61,956 nucleotides of DNA from the NCBI GenBank assembly GCA_964394985.1, contig CAYMZK010000001.1, forward strand, positions 1-61,956, read 5' to 3'. This document shows, piece by piece, positions 18,507-27,841 of the stretch. The notes under the pieces are model-generated. The model was not told where the DNA came from, made no database searches, and was given only the letters and a program-made list of their open reading frames with translations. How positions within the stretch are numbered: the stretch's first letter is position 1; the number at the start of each line of letters is the position of its first letter. Both the position numbers and the translations under genes were made by a program. Origin of the DNA: an uncultured Candidatus Saccharibacteria bacterium. Lineage in GTDB: Bacteria; Patescibacteriota; Minisyncoccia; Minisyncoccales; GWA2-38-27.

Positions 18507-20977
18507 GATAAATATGGTTTTAAGTATTTTCCGGTGATGCTTTTGCTATTATTAGCAACTTCTTCTGGGGTTCCTTTGGCTACCAAGCGACCACCACCTT
18601 GACCACCTTCTGGACCCAAGTCAATAATATAATCTGCAGATTTAATCATCTGCATATTATGCTCAATAATTAAAACGGTGTTGCCTTGGTCAACCAAACT
18701 ATTTAAAACTCTTAAAAGCATTTCTACATCATAATAATGTAATCCCACCGTTGGTTCGTCTAATAGATAAAGAGTTCTTTGGCCAAGATTTCTAGTTAAC
18801 TCTCTGGATAACCTAACTCTTTGAGCCTCTCCTCCAGACAAAGTAGTGGCGCTTTGACCTAATTGAATATAGCCCAAACCAACATTTTGTAAAACTTTTA
18901 ACTTATCGGCTATCTTGTAGTTATTCTTGAAAAACTCTAAAGCTTCATCAACGGTCATATTTAAAATATCGTTGATGTTCTTTTTCTTATGTTTTACCTC
19001 TAAAGTTTCTCGATTAAATCTTTTTCCTTGGCAAACTTCACATTTAACTAAAACTGAAGGTAAGAAATGCATTTCAATTAAATTATATCCGGCACCAGAG
19101 CAAGCTTCACACCTTCCACCAGAAACATTAAAAGAAAAGCGAGATATAGTATAACCTCTAGCTCTAGCTTCTTCTAATTGAGCATAAAACTCTCTAATTG
19201 GAGTAAAAATACCAGTATAGGTAGCTGGATTAGAACGAGGACTCTTGCCAATTGGCGACTGGCTAATCATATTAATTTTATCTATATATTCTGTTCCAAT
19301 AATTTTAGCCGCTGACTTTATTTCTTTTGCTCTTCTATTTTTTATCTTAGTTAAGTTATTATACAAAGAATTATAAAGAAAAGAAGACTTGCCACTTCCC
19401 GAAACACCGGTAATACAAACTAGTTTTCTTAAAGGAATATCTATGTTTATATTCTTTAAATTATTAGCGGTAGCCCCAATTACTTTTAATTGCTCTCTTA
19501 TCTTTTTTCTTCTTTCCTTTATTTCAATTTCTCTTTTATTCTTTAAATAATCTAGAGTCAAAGAATGATAATCGCCAGTCAAAAGTTCTTCGGTTTCATC
19601 GCTTAAAACAACCTCTCCACCGTTCTTTCCAGCCATCGGCCCAAGATCAACTAAATAATCTGAGTTATCTATAGTCTTTTCATCGTGCTCAACAATAATA
19701 ATAGTATTATTTCTCTCTTTAAGAGATTTTAAAGTTTTAATTAATCGGTCGGTGTCTCTCTCATGAAGTCCAATTGTTGGTTCATCTAATACATAGAGGG
19801 TATTAGATAAATGAGAACCAATTTGAGAGGCCAATCTAATTCTTTGAGTCTCTCCTCCAGACAAAGTTCCAGCCTCCCTTTTTAAAGAAAGGTAATCTAA
19901 TCCCACCTGAAGTAAAAATCCTAATCGATCTTTTATCTCTTTAATAACATTAGCCGATATTTGCTTTTCTCTTTTATCAAGAGTATTCTCGTAATCTTTA
20001 AAAAAATCATTAAGGTCAGAAATAGACATTGAAACTAAATTATCAATATTTTTTCCTTTAATTTTTACCGATAACGGTTCTGGTTTTAGTCTAACCCCCT
20101 TACACAAGGGACAAGTTTTTTTAAAAAACATTCCAATTTTTCCTAGGCCATGACATTCCGAACAAGCTCCAGCGGGACTATTAAAAGAAAATAGTCTTGG
20201 TTCCATTTCCGGAAAAGAAAAATTATCTTTTGGGCAAGTCCATTTACTTGAAAGAATAAACTCTTTATCAGAAGTAGAAACAATTACCAGCCCCTTAGAA
20301 TAATCTAGAGCATTTTCAACCGCCTCAAAAAGCCGACTCTCTTCTTTAGTTGAAAGCTTGTCAATCAAAATATCAATATTATGTTTTTTGTATCTAGACA
20401 AAACAATTCTATTATGAAGAGATTGATATTTCCCATCAATTCTGGCTTTAGAATAGCCTAAATCAAGAAAGTTATAGAGTAGTTGGTGATACTCCCCCTT
20501 TCTTCCCCTAACTACCGGTGAAAGAATAGTTACTTCTTGGTTTTTTGCTTCGTCTTTAATAATATCTATCATTTCTTCTAAAGAAAGTTTTTTAATTCTA
20601 GAGCCACATTTTGGACAATAAACTTCACCTAGTCTAGCAAATAGAACTCTAAAATAATCATAAATTTCAGTTAAAGTTCCTACAGTTGATCTAGGATTTC
20701 TACTCAATCCTTTTTGACCAATAGCAATAGCTGGGGAAAGACCAGTAATCTTATCGACATCAGCTCTTTCCATTTCGCCTAAAAACTGACGAGCATAAGG
20801 AGATAATGATTCAATGTATCTTCTCTGACCTTCGGCAAAAATAGTATCAAAAGCCAAAGAAGATTTTCCACTTCCTGAAACTCCAGTAAAAACCACTATT
20901 TTATTTTTCGGGATCTCAAGATCAATATTCTTTAAATTATGAACTCGAGCTCCTTTAATGGTAATTTTATCCTTCAT
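18503..20977 (-). CDS. uvrA: Excinuclease ABC subunit A (824 aa)
   Basis: Two ABC modules (GVSGSGKSS twice, LSGGE.QR twice) and zinc modules. The segment between CSECHGLG and CPLCKG is only ~10 residues long. Confidence 0.93.
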   Translation of the reverse strand: MKDKITIKGARVHNLKNIDLEIPKNKIVVFTGVSGSGKSSLAFDTIFAEGQRRYIESLSPYARQFLGEMERADVDKITGLSPAIAIGQKGLSRNPRSTVGTLTEIYDYFRVLFARLGEVYCPKCGSRIKKLSLEEMIDIIKDEAKNQEVTILSPVVRGRKGEYHQLLYNFLDLGYSKARIDGKYQSLHNRIVLSRYKKHNIDILIDKLSTKEESRLFEAVENALDYSKGLVIVSTSDKEFILSSKWTCPKDNFSFPEMEPRLFSFNSPAGACSECHGLGKIGMFFKKTCPLCKGVRLKPEPLSVKIKGKNIDNLVSMSISDLNDFFKDYENTLDKREKQISANVIKEIKDRLGFLLQVGLDYLSLKREAGTLSGGETQRIRLASQIGSHLSNTLYVLDEPTIGLHERDTDRLIKTLKSLKERNNTIIIVEHDEKTIDNSDYLVDLGPMAGKNGGEVVLSDETEELLTGDYHSLTLDYLKNKREIEIKERRKKIREQLKVIGATANNLKNINIDIPLRKLVCITGVSGSGKSSFLYNSLYNNLTKIKNRRAKEIKSAAKIIGTEYIDKINMISQSPIGKSPRSNPATYTGIFTPIREFYAQLEEARARGYTISRFSFNVSGGRCEACSGAGYNLIEMHFLPSVLVKCEVCQGKRFNRETLEVKHKKKNINDILNMTVDEALEFFKNNYKIADKLKVLQNVGLGYIQLGQSATTLSGGEAQRVRLSRELTRNLGQRTLYLLDEPTVGLHYYDVEMLLRVLNSLVDQGNTVLIIEHNMQMIKSADYIIDLGPEGGQGGGRLVAKGTPEEVANNSKSITGKYLKPYLS

Positions 20978-22743
20978 ATTAAGTCTTCTATTTTTTTAAC
21001 AATTGTTTCCGGGGTAATTTTGTGTTTCTCATTATACTCCAATTGCTTCCTTCTTCTTTTATTAATAATAGCTAAAGCTTTTTTAATTGATTCAGTTTCT
21101 TTGTCAGCATAAAGAATAACTTTTCCATCAATATTTCTGGCAGCTCTACCCATAGTCTGAATTAAAGAAATTTCATTTCTTAAAAATCCTTCTCTGTCAG
21201 CATCTAAGATAGCTACTAAAGTAACTTCTGGAAAGTCTAATCCTTCTCTTAATAAGTTAACTCCAATTAAAATATTAAAGTCTCCTCTTCTAAATTGAGT
21301 TAATATTTTAGCTCTTTCTAAAGTTTTAATTTCAGAATGAATATATTTAGCCGAAAAGCCCTTTTTAGCTAAAAAGTCATTTAAATTTTCAGCCATTTTT
21401 TTGGTTAAAGTAACCACTAGGGCCCTTTCTTTCTTTTTATCAATTTCTTCTAATTCTTTAATTAAATCATCAATTTGAGTTTTATTATTTTGATAAACTG
21501 GCCTAACTTCAACTGGCGGATCAACTAACCCGGTTGGTCTAATAATTTGTTCCACTATTTGATCAGAGTTTTTTAACTCCCAATCTCCGGGAGTAGCCGA
21601 AGTAAAAACGGTCGACCCGATCCTTTCTTTAAACTCTTCAAACTTTAATGGACGATTATCTAAAGCCGAGGGCAATCGCCAGCCATATTTAATTAAAACT
21701 TCTTTTCGGCTTTTATCTCCATAATACATTCCGGCAATTTGAGGAATGGCGATATGAGATTCATCAATAATAGTTAAAAAGTCTTTATTAGGAAAGTAAG
21801 AAAGAAGACTTTCTGGCGGCTGACCGGCTAATTTACCAGTTAAATGGCGAGAGTAATTTTCTACTCCATGACAATAACCAATACTTTCAATCATTTCCAA
21901 ATCATAAATAGTTCTTCTTTTTAGTCTTTCGGCTTCTAAGTCTAACCCCCTCTCTTTAAAATAGGCCAATCTTTCATTTAATTCTTTTCTAATTTCTTTG
22001 ATTGCTTGTTTGGTTTGAGGTAATTGGGAAACAAAATGAGTTGAAGGAAAAATAATCAAAGAGTCAGCAGAAGAAATACTTTCTACTTTTTGATCTTCTA
22101 GGGCTATTTTATGGACAATGTCTTCTGAAGCTTGTTTGATTTCAAAAACATTCCCCCTTACTCTAAATTGACCTCTTTTGATTTCTTGATTAGTCCTTTC
22201 AAACTTTAATTTTACCAACTGACGCATTAAATCACCCCTAGTAATTGGTTTTCCTTTTTCTAGATAAAGAGAAGTTGATAAATAGGTTTCCGGAGCTCCT
22301 AAGTTATAGATGCAAGAAACCGAAGAAACAATAATCACATCCTTTCTGGTTAACAGAGCACTAGTAGCTTGATGTCTTAGTTTTTCTATTTCACTGTTAA
22401 TCATTGCTTCTTTGCCAATATAGGTGTCAGTAATTGGCATATAGGCCTCTGGTTGATAATAATCATAATAGGAAACAAAATAATTAACTGAATTGCTAGG
22501 GAAAAAGTTCTTATACTCTTTATACAATTGAGCCGCCAAAGCTTTGTTGGGAGCAATTACTAAAACTGGTTTGTTTAATTTTTCAATCAAAGAAGCCATG
22601 GTATAGGTTTTACCACTTCCGGTTACTCCTAAAAGAGTTTGTTTTTGATAGCCCTTATCAAAACCTTCTTTTAGTTTTTTTATTGCTTCCGGCTGATCAC
22701 CAGAAGGTTTGTAGCTTGACTTTAATTCAAACATAAACAACAA
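20974..22743 (-). CDS. uvrB: Excinuclease ABC subunit B (589 aa)
   Basis: YKPSGDQPEAI, GVTGSGKT, DESH and the helicase C domain. It ends right after the helicase core. The start could be at 22734. Confidence 0.93.
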   Translation of the reverse strand: MLFMFELKSSYKPSGDQPEAIKKLKEGFDKGYQKQTLLGVTGSGKTYTMASLIEKLNKPVLVIAPNKALAAQLYKEYKNFFPSNSVNYFVSYYDYYQPEAYMPITDTYIGKEAMINSEIEKLRHQATSALLTRKDVIIVSSVSCIYNLGAPETYLSTSLYLEKGKPITRGDLMRQLVKLKFERTNQEIKRGQFRVRGNVFEIKQASEDIVHKIALEDQKVESISSADSLIIFPSTHFVSQLPQTKQAIKEIRKELNERLAYFKERGLDLEAERLKRRTIYDLEMIESIGYCHGVENYSRHLTGKLAGQPPESLLSYFPNKDFLTIIDESHIAIPQIAGMYYGDKSRKEVLIKYGWRLPSALDNRPLKFEEFKERIGSTVFTSATPGDWELKNSDQIVEQIIRPTGLVDPPVEVRPVYQNNKTQIDDLIKELEEIDKKKERALVVTLTKKMAENLNDFLAKKGFSAKYIHSEIKTLERAKILTQFRRGDFNILIGVNLLREGLDFPEVTLVAILDADREGFLRNEISLIQTMGRAARNIDGKVILYADKETESIKKALAIINKRRRKQLEYNEKHKITPETIVKKIEDLI

Positions 22744-22828
22744 AACCCCTATCTTTTATTATATATAGGGACCTTGTTTTATTTATTAATTATCTAAATT
22801 TTACCTTTTTAAACTTAAAAGGTCAATC

Positions 22829-23425
22829 CTATGGACTGAAATTAGGTTTCATTCCTCGACAATAATAACCCAAAGAAGAATCGCAAGCATTATGTCCAGA
22901 AGTACTTGTGTCTAAAAATGAACCATCTTCACTACTTGACAATACAGGATTATTTGTTTTTTCTAATTTGATCCTAATTCTATAATCTTGAGCATCGCTA
23001 GAAACCATATATTCATAAGCTTGATCCGGATAAATTGGATCTTGAAATTTAATAGCAGAAGGGTCAACAGGATAAGTAGAAGTAGGAGGAAGAGAGTTAG
23101 CAAATACTATAATTTTTCCTAAAATAAATTCTTTGAACTTTGATAAAGGTCTTTCTTTTTTAGCTAAATATCCGTTAAACTCTAGTGCATATATAGTATC
23201 TGCCCAATTTTGGACTGGATTGTTTGAATTATAAATAGGATAATTACCATTATCTAAAAAATACTGTTCTAGAGCAGGTACAACTTGTCTAGTTTCAGAC
23301 ATTCTTTCAGCATCTCTAGCAGTTTTTCTGGCATCGCTTAAAGATACTAAAATAATAGAAGCCAATAGCCCCAAAACAGCAATTACTACTAGCAACTCTA
23401 TGAGGGTAAATGCTTTTTTATGCAT
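22829..23425 (-). CDS. Type IV pilin / pseudopilin with an N-terminal methylation motif
   Basis: MHKKA|FTLIELLVVIAVLGLLASI class-III signal. The start is placed at 23425, two Met codons inside the ORF-track start. Confidence 0.8.
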   Translation of the reverse strand: MHKKAFTLIELLVVIAVLGLLASIILVSLSDARKTARDAERMSETRQVVPALEQYFLDNGNYPIYNSNNPVQNWADTIYALEFNGYLAKKERPLSKFKEFILGKIIVFANSLPPTSTYPVDPSAIKFQDPIYPDQAYEYMVSSDAQDYRIRIKLEKTNNPVLSSSEDGSFLDTSTSGHNACDSSLGYYCRGMKPNFSP

Positions 23426-23461
23426 ATTCATATATTTATTCACGCCCTTGTGCAAAACTTT

Positions 23462-25843
23462 TTATTTTCCATGGCATTTTTTATACTTCTTACCAGAACC
23501 ACAAGGACATGGTTCGTTTCTGCCAACTTTTTTCATTGAGCCAGAAACAGGTTTTTGTTGTAAAGGAGGATTCTTCGGTTTTACCGTAACCTCTGATTCC
23601 ATAATAGCTTTAGCGATAGTTTTTTCAATATCTGCCAAAAGAGAACGAAACATTCCATGCCCCTCTCTTTTGTATTCAATTAAAGGATCTTGCTGACCAT
23701 AAGCCCTTAATCTAACCGAATCTCTTAGGTGTTCCATATTCTCTAAATGCTCCATCCAATAAGTGTCTAAAACTTTTAAAGGAACATATTTTTCTACTTG
23801 CCTAAACTTTTCTTCTCCGATAGTTTCTTTTCTCTTATTATATTCTTCTTCTGAATAACCAGATTTTTTAATAATTTCTAAGGTATTAGGACTAGCCATT
23901 ACTTCCCTTCTTTTAGTGTAGAAAACTTCTCTATGTTTGTTCATTACATCGTCATATTCTAAAACATGCTTACGAATATCAAAGTTCATTCCTTCAACTT
24001 TAGCCTGAGAAGATTCTATGGCTCTAGAAACCATTTTAGATTCAATTGGCTGATCTTCAGGAACTCTCATCGTATCCATTAAGCCCCTTATTTTATCTCC
24101 ACCAAAAACTCTCATCAAATCATCCTCTAAAGAAACAAAGAATTGAGAAGAGCCAGGATCTCCCTGTCTTCCAGCTCTTCCTCTTAATTGATTATCTATT
24201 CTTCTAGATTCATGTCTCTCGGTTCCAATAATATGCAAACCTCCAGCTTCTAAAACTTTCTTTTGCTCCTCTCTATCAGTGGGATTTCCCCCCAAAATAA
24301 TATCTACTCCTCTTCCAGCCATATTAGTAGCAATAGTAACTGCGCCCAATCTTCCAGCTTGAGCAATAATCTCAGCTTCTTGTTCGTGTTTTTTGGCGTT
24401 TAAGATATTATGTTTAATCCCCCTTCTTTCTAAAAGTTTTCCTAAGTATTCATTTTTTTCAATTGAAACAGTTCCTACTAAAACCGGCTGTCCTTTTTCA
24501 TTTCTTTTTTTAATTTCTTCAACCACAGCCTTAAATTTTCCATCTAAGTTTTTATAAATTCTATCTTTCATCTCTTTTCTAATTAACGGCCTATTGGTTG
24601 GAACAGCAATAACTTCTAAATTGTAAACTTTATCAAACTCTTCTGCCGAAGTTAAGGCTGTTCCCGTCATTCCAGCCAGCTTATCATACATTCTAAAATA
24701 ATTTTGATAAGTAACTGAAGCTAGGGTTCTAGATTCTTTTTGAACATCTAGTCCTTCTCTGGCTTCTACGGCTTGATGAATGCCAGCTGACCACCTTCTG
24801 CCAGGCATCAACCTTCCAGTAAATTCATCAACAATAATTACTTTACCATCTTTAATGACATAGTTTTTATCTTTTTCAAAAAAAGTTCTCGCCTTAAGGG
24901 CTGCTTCTAATTGATGAGTGGTGGAAATGTCATTTTCAGCCCAAGGGTCTCTTTTTAAATATTTTATAATCTCATTTTGTCCTTCTTCGGTAAAAGTTAC
25001 TGATCTAGTTTTTTCTTCAATGATAAAGTCTTTTTCTTTTTCTAGTTTAGAAATTAATTGAGCAAATAAGTAGTATTTATCTGTGGACTCTTCTTCTGGA
25101 GAAGAAATAATTAAAGGAGTTCTGGCTTCATCAATTAAAATAGAATCAACTTCGTCAATTACCGCATAATGGTGACCTCTTTGAACTTGACTTTCTAGAT
25201 CTATAGCCATATTATCTCTTAAATAATCAAAACCAAATTCATTATTAGTCCCATAAGTAATATCTACCCGATAAGCCTCTTTTCTAGAAGCTGGTTTTAG
25301 ATAGTCCTCCACTACTTTAAAACTCCCCAAGGCATCTCTTAACTCATCCTCTTTTTTGTACTCCGAGTCATAAATAAAAGATTGGTCGTGAATGATACAA
25401 CCCACAGATAATCCTAGGGCATCATAAATTTGACCCATCCAAACAGTGTCTCTTTTGGAAAGATAGTCGTTAACAGTAATCACATGAACCCCTTTGCCCA
25501 TTAAAGCATTAAGGTAAACTGCTAGAGTAGCTGATAGGGTTTTACCTTCTCCAGTTTTCATCTCAGCAATCTTTCCTTGATGAAGAATAACCCCGCTCAT
25601 TAATTGAACATCGTAATGTCTTTGATTAAGAGTTCTACTAGCTGATTCTCTAACTAGAGCAAAAGCTATTGGAAGAATATCATCCAACTTTTCTCCTTTT
25701 TTAATTCTTTCTTTTAATTTTTCTGTTTCTTTTTTTAAATCAACTTGAGAAAAATCTAGAGAATTAATTTCTTTAATTTTAGAATCTAAGCTTTTAAGAT
25801 ACTTAACATTAGGATCTCCAAAAACCTTTTTAAAAATACTCAT
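23462..25843 (-). CDS. secA: Preprotein translocase ATPase SecA
   Basis: [26 protein letters not shown] and a C-terminal zinc motif [14 protein letters not shown]. Confidence 0.95.
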   Translation of the reverse strand: MSIFKKVFGDPNVKYLKSLDSKIKEINSLDFSQVDLKKETEKLKERIKKGEKLDDILPIAFALVRESASRTLNQRHYDVQLMSGVILHQGKIAEMKTGEGKTLSATLAVYLNALMGKGVHVITVNDYLSKRDTVWMGQIYDALGLSVGCIIHDQSFIYDSEYKKEDELRDALGSFKVVEDYLKPASRKEAYRVDITYGTNNEFGFDYLRDNMAIDLESQVQRGHHYAVIDEVDSILIDEARTPLIISSPEEESTDKYYLFAQLISKLEKEKDFIIEEKTRSVTFTEEGQNEIIKYLKRDPWAENDISTTHQLEAALKARTFFEKDKNYVIKDGKVIIVDEFTGRLMPGRRWSAGIHQAVEAREGLDVQKESRTLASVTYQNYFRMYDKLAGMTGTALTSAEEFDKVYNLEVIAVPTNRPLIRKEMKDRIYKNLDGKFKAVVEEIKKRNEKGQPVLVGTVSIEKNEYLGKLLERRGIKHNILNAKKHEQEAEIIAQAGRLGAVTIATNMAGRGVDIILGGNPTDREEQKKVLEAGGLHIIGTERHESRRIDNQLRGRAGRQGDPGSSQFFVSLEDDLMRVFGGDKIRGLMDTMRVPEDQPIESKMVSRAIESSQAKVEGMNFDIRKHVLEYDDVMNKHREVFYTKRREVMASPNTLEIIKKSGYSEEEYNKRKETIGEEKFRQVEKYVPLKVLDTYWMEHLENMEHLRDSVRLRAYGQQDPLIEYKREGHGMFRSLLADIEKTIAKAIMESEVTVKPKNPPLQQKPVSGSMKKVGRNEPCPCGSGKKYKKCHGK

Positions 25844-26700
25844 TGTAAAATTTTAATTTCTAGTTCTAAATCTATATTATGTTTTTCTTTAACCTTTTTT
25901 TGAATTATTTCGATTAAAGCCAGAACATCTTTTGAACTAGCTCCTCCTTTATTAATAACAAAACCAGCGTGTTTTTCCGATACCACCGCCTTGCCAACAT
26001 GAACTCCTTTAAGACCAGCTTGATCTATTAAATAAGAAGAGGGTTTGTCAGTAGTGTTAATAAACATGGAGCCGGCTGAAGGATAATCTATTGGTTGTCG
26101 CCTATGGCGTAAATCAATCTTTTCTTTCATCTCTTTTTCTATTTTTTCTTTTTCTCCCTTTTTTAGAGTCAAAACAACCGAAAGAATAATTAAGTTTTTC
26201 TTCTTTTTAAAGATACTTTGCTTCTCGCTAAATCGACACTCTTCTTTAGCTAAGGTCTTAATTTCTAAAGTATCAACATCTAAAACTTCTACTTCTTTAA
26301 TAATGTCAGACATTTCTAGACCAAAAGCTCTAGCGTTGCCATAAACAGCTCCACCAATAGTTCCAGGAATTCCAACTGCCCATTCTAGGCCAGATAACGA
26401 CGCCTTCTTAGCTTCATCAATTGTTTTAGACAAACTTAATCCTGATTCAGCAAAAATTTTAGAATCTTGAATTTCAAATCTTGAATTTTGCATCTTTACA
26501 ACTAAACCATTAAATCCTTTATCTAGGGCTAAAACATTACTACCACTTCCCAAAACAAAAAGCGGAAAATTATTTTCTTTAGTAAAATTAATTGCTTCTA
26601 TTAATTCTTCTTTATTCTTAACAAAACAAAAGTATTTAGCCGGACCACCAATTTTAAAAGTTGTGTGGTTTTTTAGCAAGATGCTTTCTTTAATATCCAT
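25840..26700 (-). CDS. murB: UDP-N-acetylenolpyruvoylglucosamine reductase
   Basis: FAD-binding N-terminus ([15 protein letters not shown]) and a MurB C-terminal domain (AGSMF.N, GLKG...[10 protein letters not shown]). Confidence 0.9.
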   Translation of the reverse strand: MDIKESILLKNHTTFKIGGPAKYFCFVKNKEELIEAINFTKENNFPLFVLGSGSNVLALDKGFNGLVVKMQNSRFEIQDSKIFAESGLSLSKTIDEAKKASLSGLEWAVGIPGTIGGAVYGNARAFGLEMSDIIKEVEVLDVDTLEIKTLAKEECRFSEKQSIFKKKKNLIILSVVLTLKKGEKEKIEKEMKEKIDLRHRRQPIDYPSAGSMFINTTDKPSSYLIDQAGLKGVHVGKAVVSEKHAGFVINKGGASSKDVLALIEIIQKKVKEKHNIDLELEIKILQ

Positions 26701-26710
26701 AAACTTAAAT

Positions 26711-26765
26711 GAGCTAGGAGCGTTAGCCCCTATCTAAGTCTAATGTGGGCGCGGCCTCCTAGCTC
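26711..26765. other. GC-rich extended hairpin 11 nt upstream of the murB start
   Basis: Perfect 10-bp stem GAGCTAGGAG/CTCCTAGCTC enclosing an inner GCCC/GGGC helix and a 17-nt loop. The 5' arm contains an SD-like AGGAG. Confidence 0.5.
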
Positions 26766-26803
26766 AATAATCATTGTATAATAAATAAAAAAATAAGGCA
26801 AGT

Positions 26804-26831
26804 AAAAACTCCGAAATAATTCGGAGCTTTT
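26804..26831. terminator. Terminator-like hairpin in the murB / PP2C-like divergent intergenic region
   Basis: AAAAA-CTCCGAA-ATAA-TTCGGAG-CTTTT. The T-run is better on the minus strand. There is no obvious gene for it to terminate. Confidence 0.4.
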
Positions 26832-26972
26832 ACCGACTTAGGTAGGGTATTCACCCACTGTCTGCATCTTAGCAATTTTTTAAACTAATGTCAAGGGTTT
26901 GACAGATAGGTATTTTGATGATAAGGTTTAAAAAACACAAATTGTTCTTTTACATTTTGAAAGGGTTATAAA

Positions 26973-27800
26973 ATGATAAAGTCGGTAGAAACCTTTTTTG
27001 ACAGATCAAGGGAAAAATATCCAGAAGATTTAGTGATTCAAGAAGGTGATATCTTTGGAGTACTAGACGGCTATAGTCCGGTCTATCATCCTAAAGATGG
27101 TCCCAAAACAATAACTATTGGCTCTAAGCAAAGAAGCTTAGGCCAAGTAATCGTTAACACTATAAAATCAAAGCTTCAATGGAGCTACATCGATCCATTT
27201 GAAAGAACTCTATTGCAAGCTAATTCAGTAATTAGAGGACTTCAGGATCAATTTCAGCTGCCCAGCGAAGAACGAGGCGGAGCTGCTTTTGCTCTTGCCA
27301 AAATTGGAGAAGAAAAAACTGAAATTATCCAAGGAGCTGATTGTTTGGCTTTATGGATATTAAAATCAGGCGCAGTGGGTTTTACCCCAAATCAGATACT
27401 TAAGCACTCTCTCGATGAAATAGAATTAATTAACACTCTCTCTAAAAGAAGAAAAAATAAAGATAAAATATGGAGAGAGCGCATTGATCATTTAAAAGAT
27501 ATCAGAAAAAATTGCCTCAATAATCCCAAAAATCCATTCAATTATGCAGCAATTAATGGAAACGACTTTCTTTATAAGTGCTGGAGATCAATTTCACTAC
27601 CAACCAATCAGGTTAGTCTCCTAATTATGATCACAGACGGCTTCTTCCAGGTAGAAGAAAGCGCGGACATACAGTCTTTTGCCAAAAACCTTCTGACAAG
27701 CTATCAGTCAGGAAACAGTTTTGTTGAAATTCTGATGAGAAAAAGAATAAAATCAAATAAAGCTCCGGAAGCAGCTGCTATTGCCATAGAGCTTGTCTAA
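26973..27800 (+). CDS. Hypothetical protein, degenerate PP2C/SpoIIE-like phosphatase fold
   Basis: Spaced motifs FGVLDG, GGAAFAL, GADCLAL and MITDGFF resemble PPM-family metal-binding strands. It is the only plus-strand gene between 1 kb and 60 kb. Confidence 0.45.
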   Translation: MIKSVETFFDRSREKYPEDLVIQEGDIFGVLDGYSPVYHPKDGPKTITIGSKQRSLGQVIVNTIKSKLQWSYIDPFERTLLQANSVIRGLQDQFQLPSEERGGAAFALAKIGEEKTEIIQGADCLALWILKSGAVGFTPNQILKHSLDEIELINTLSKRRKNKDKIWRERIDHLKDIRKNCLNNPKNPFNYAAINGNDFLYKCWRSISLPTNQVSLLIMITDGFFQVEESADIQSFAKNLLTSYQSGNSFVEILMRKRIKSNKAPEAAAIAIELV

Positions 27801-27810
27801 CCCTAAACAT

Positions 27811-27840
27811 AAAACCCGCAGAAGTTTTGCGGGTTTTTCT
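27811..27840. terminator. Bidirectional intrinsic terminator
   Basis: AAAACCCGCA-gaagttt-TGCGGGTTTT followed by a T-run, between convergent genes. Confidence 0.8.
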
Positions 27841-27841
27841 T

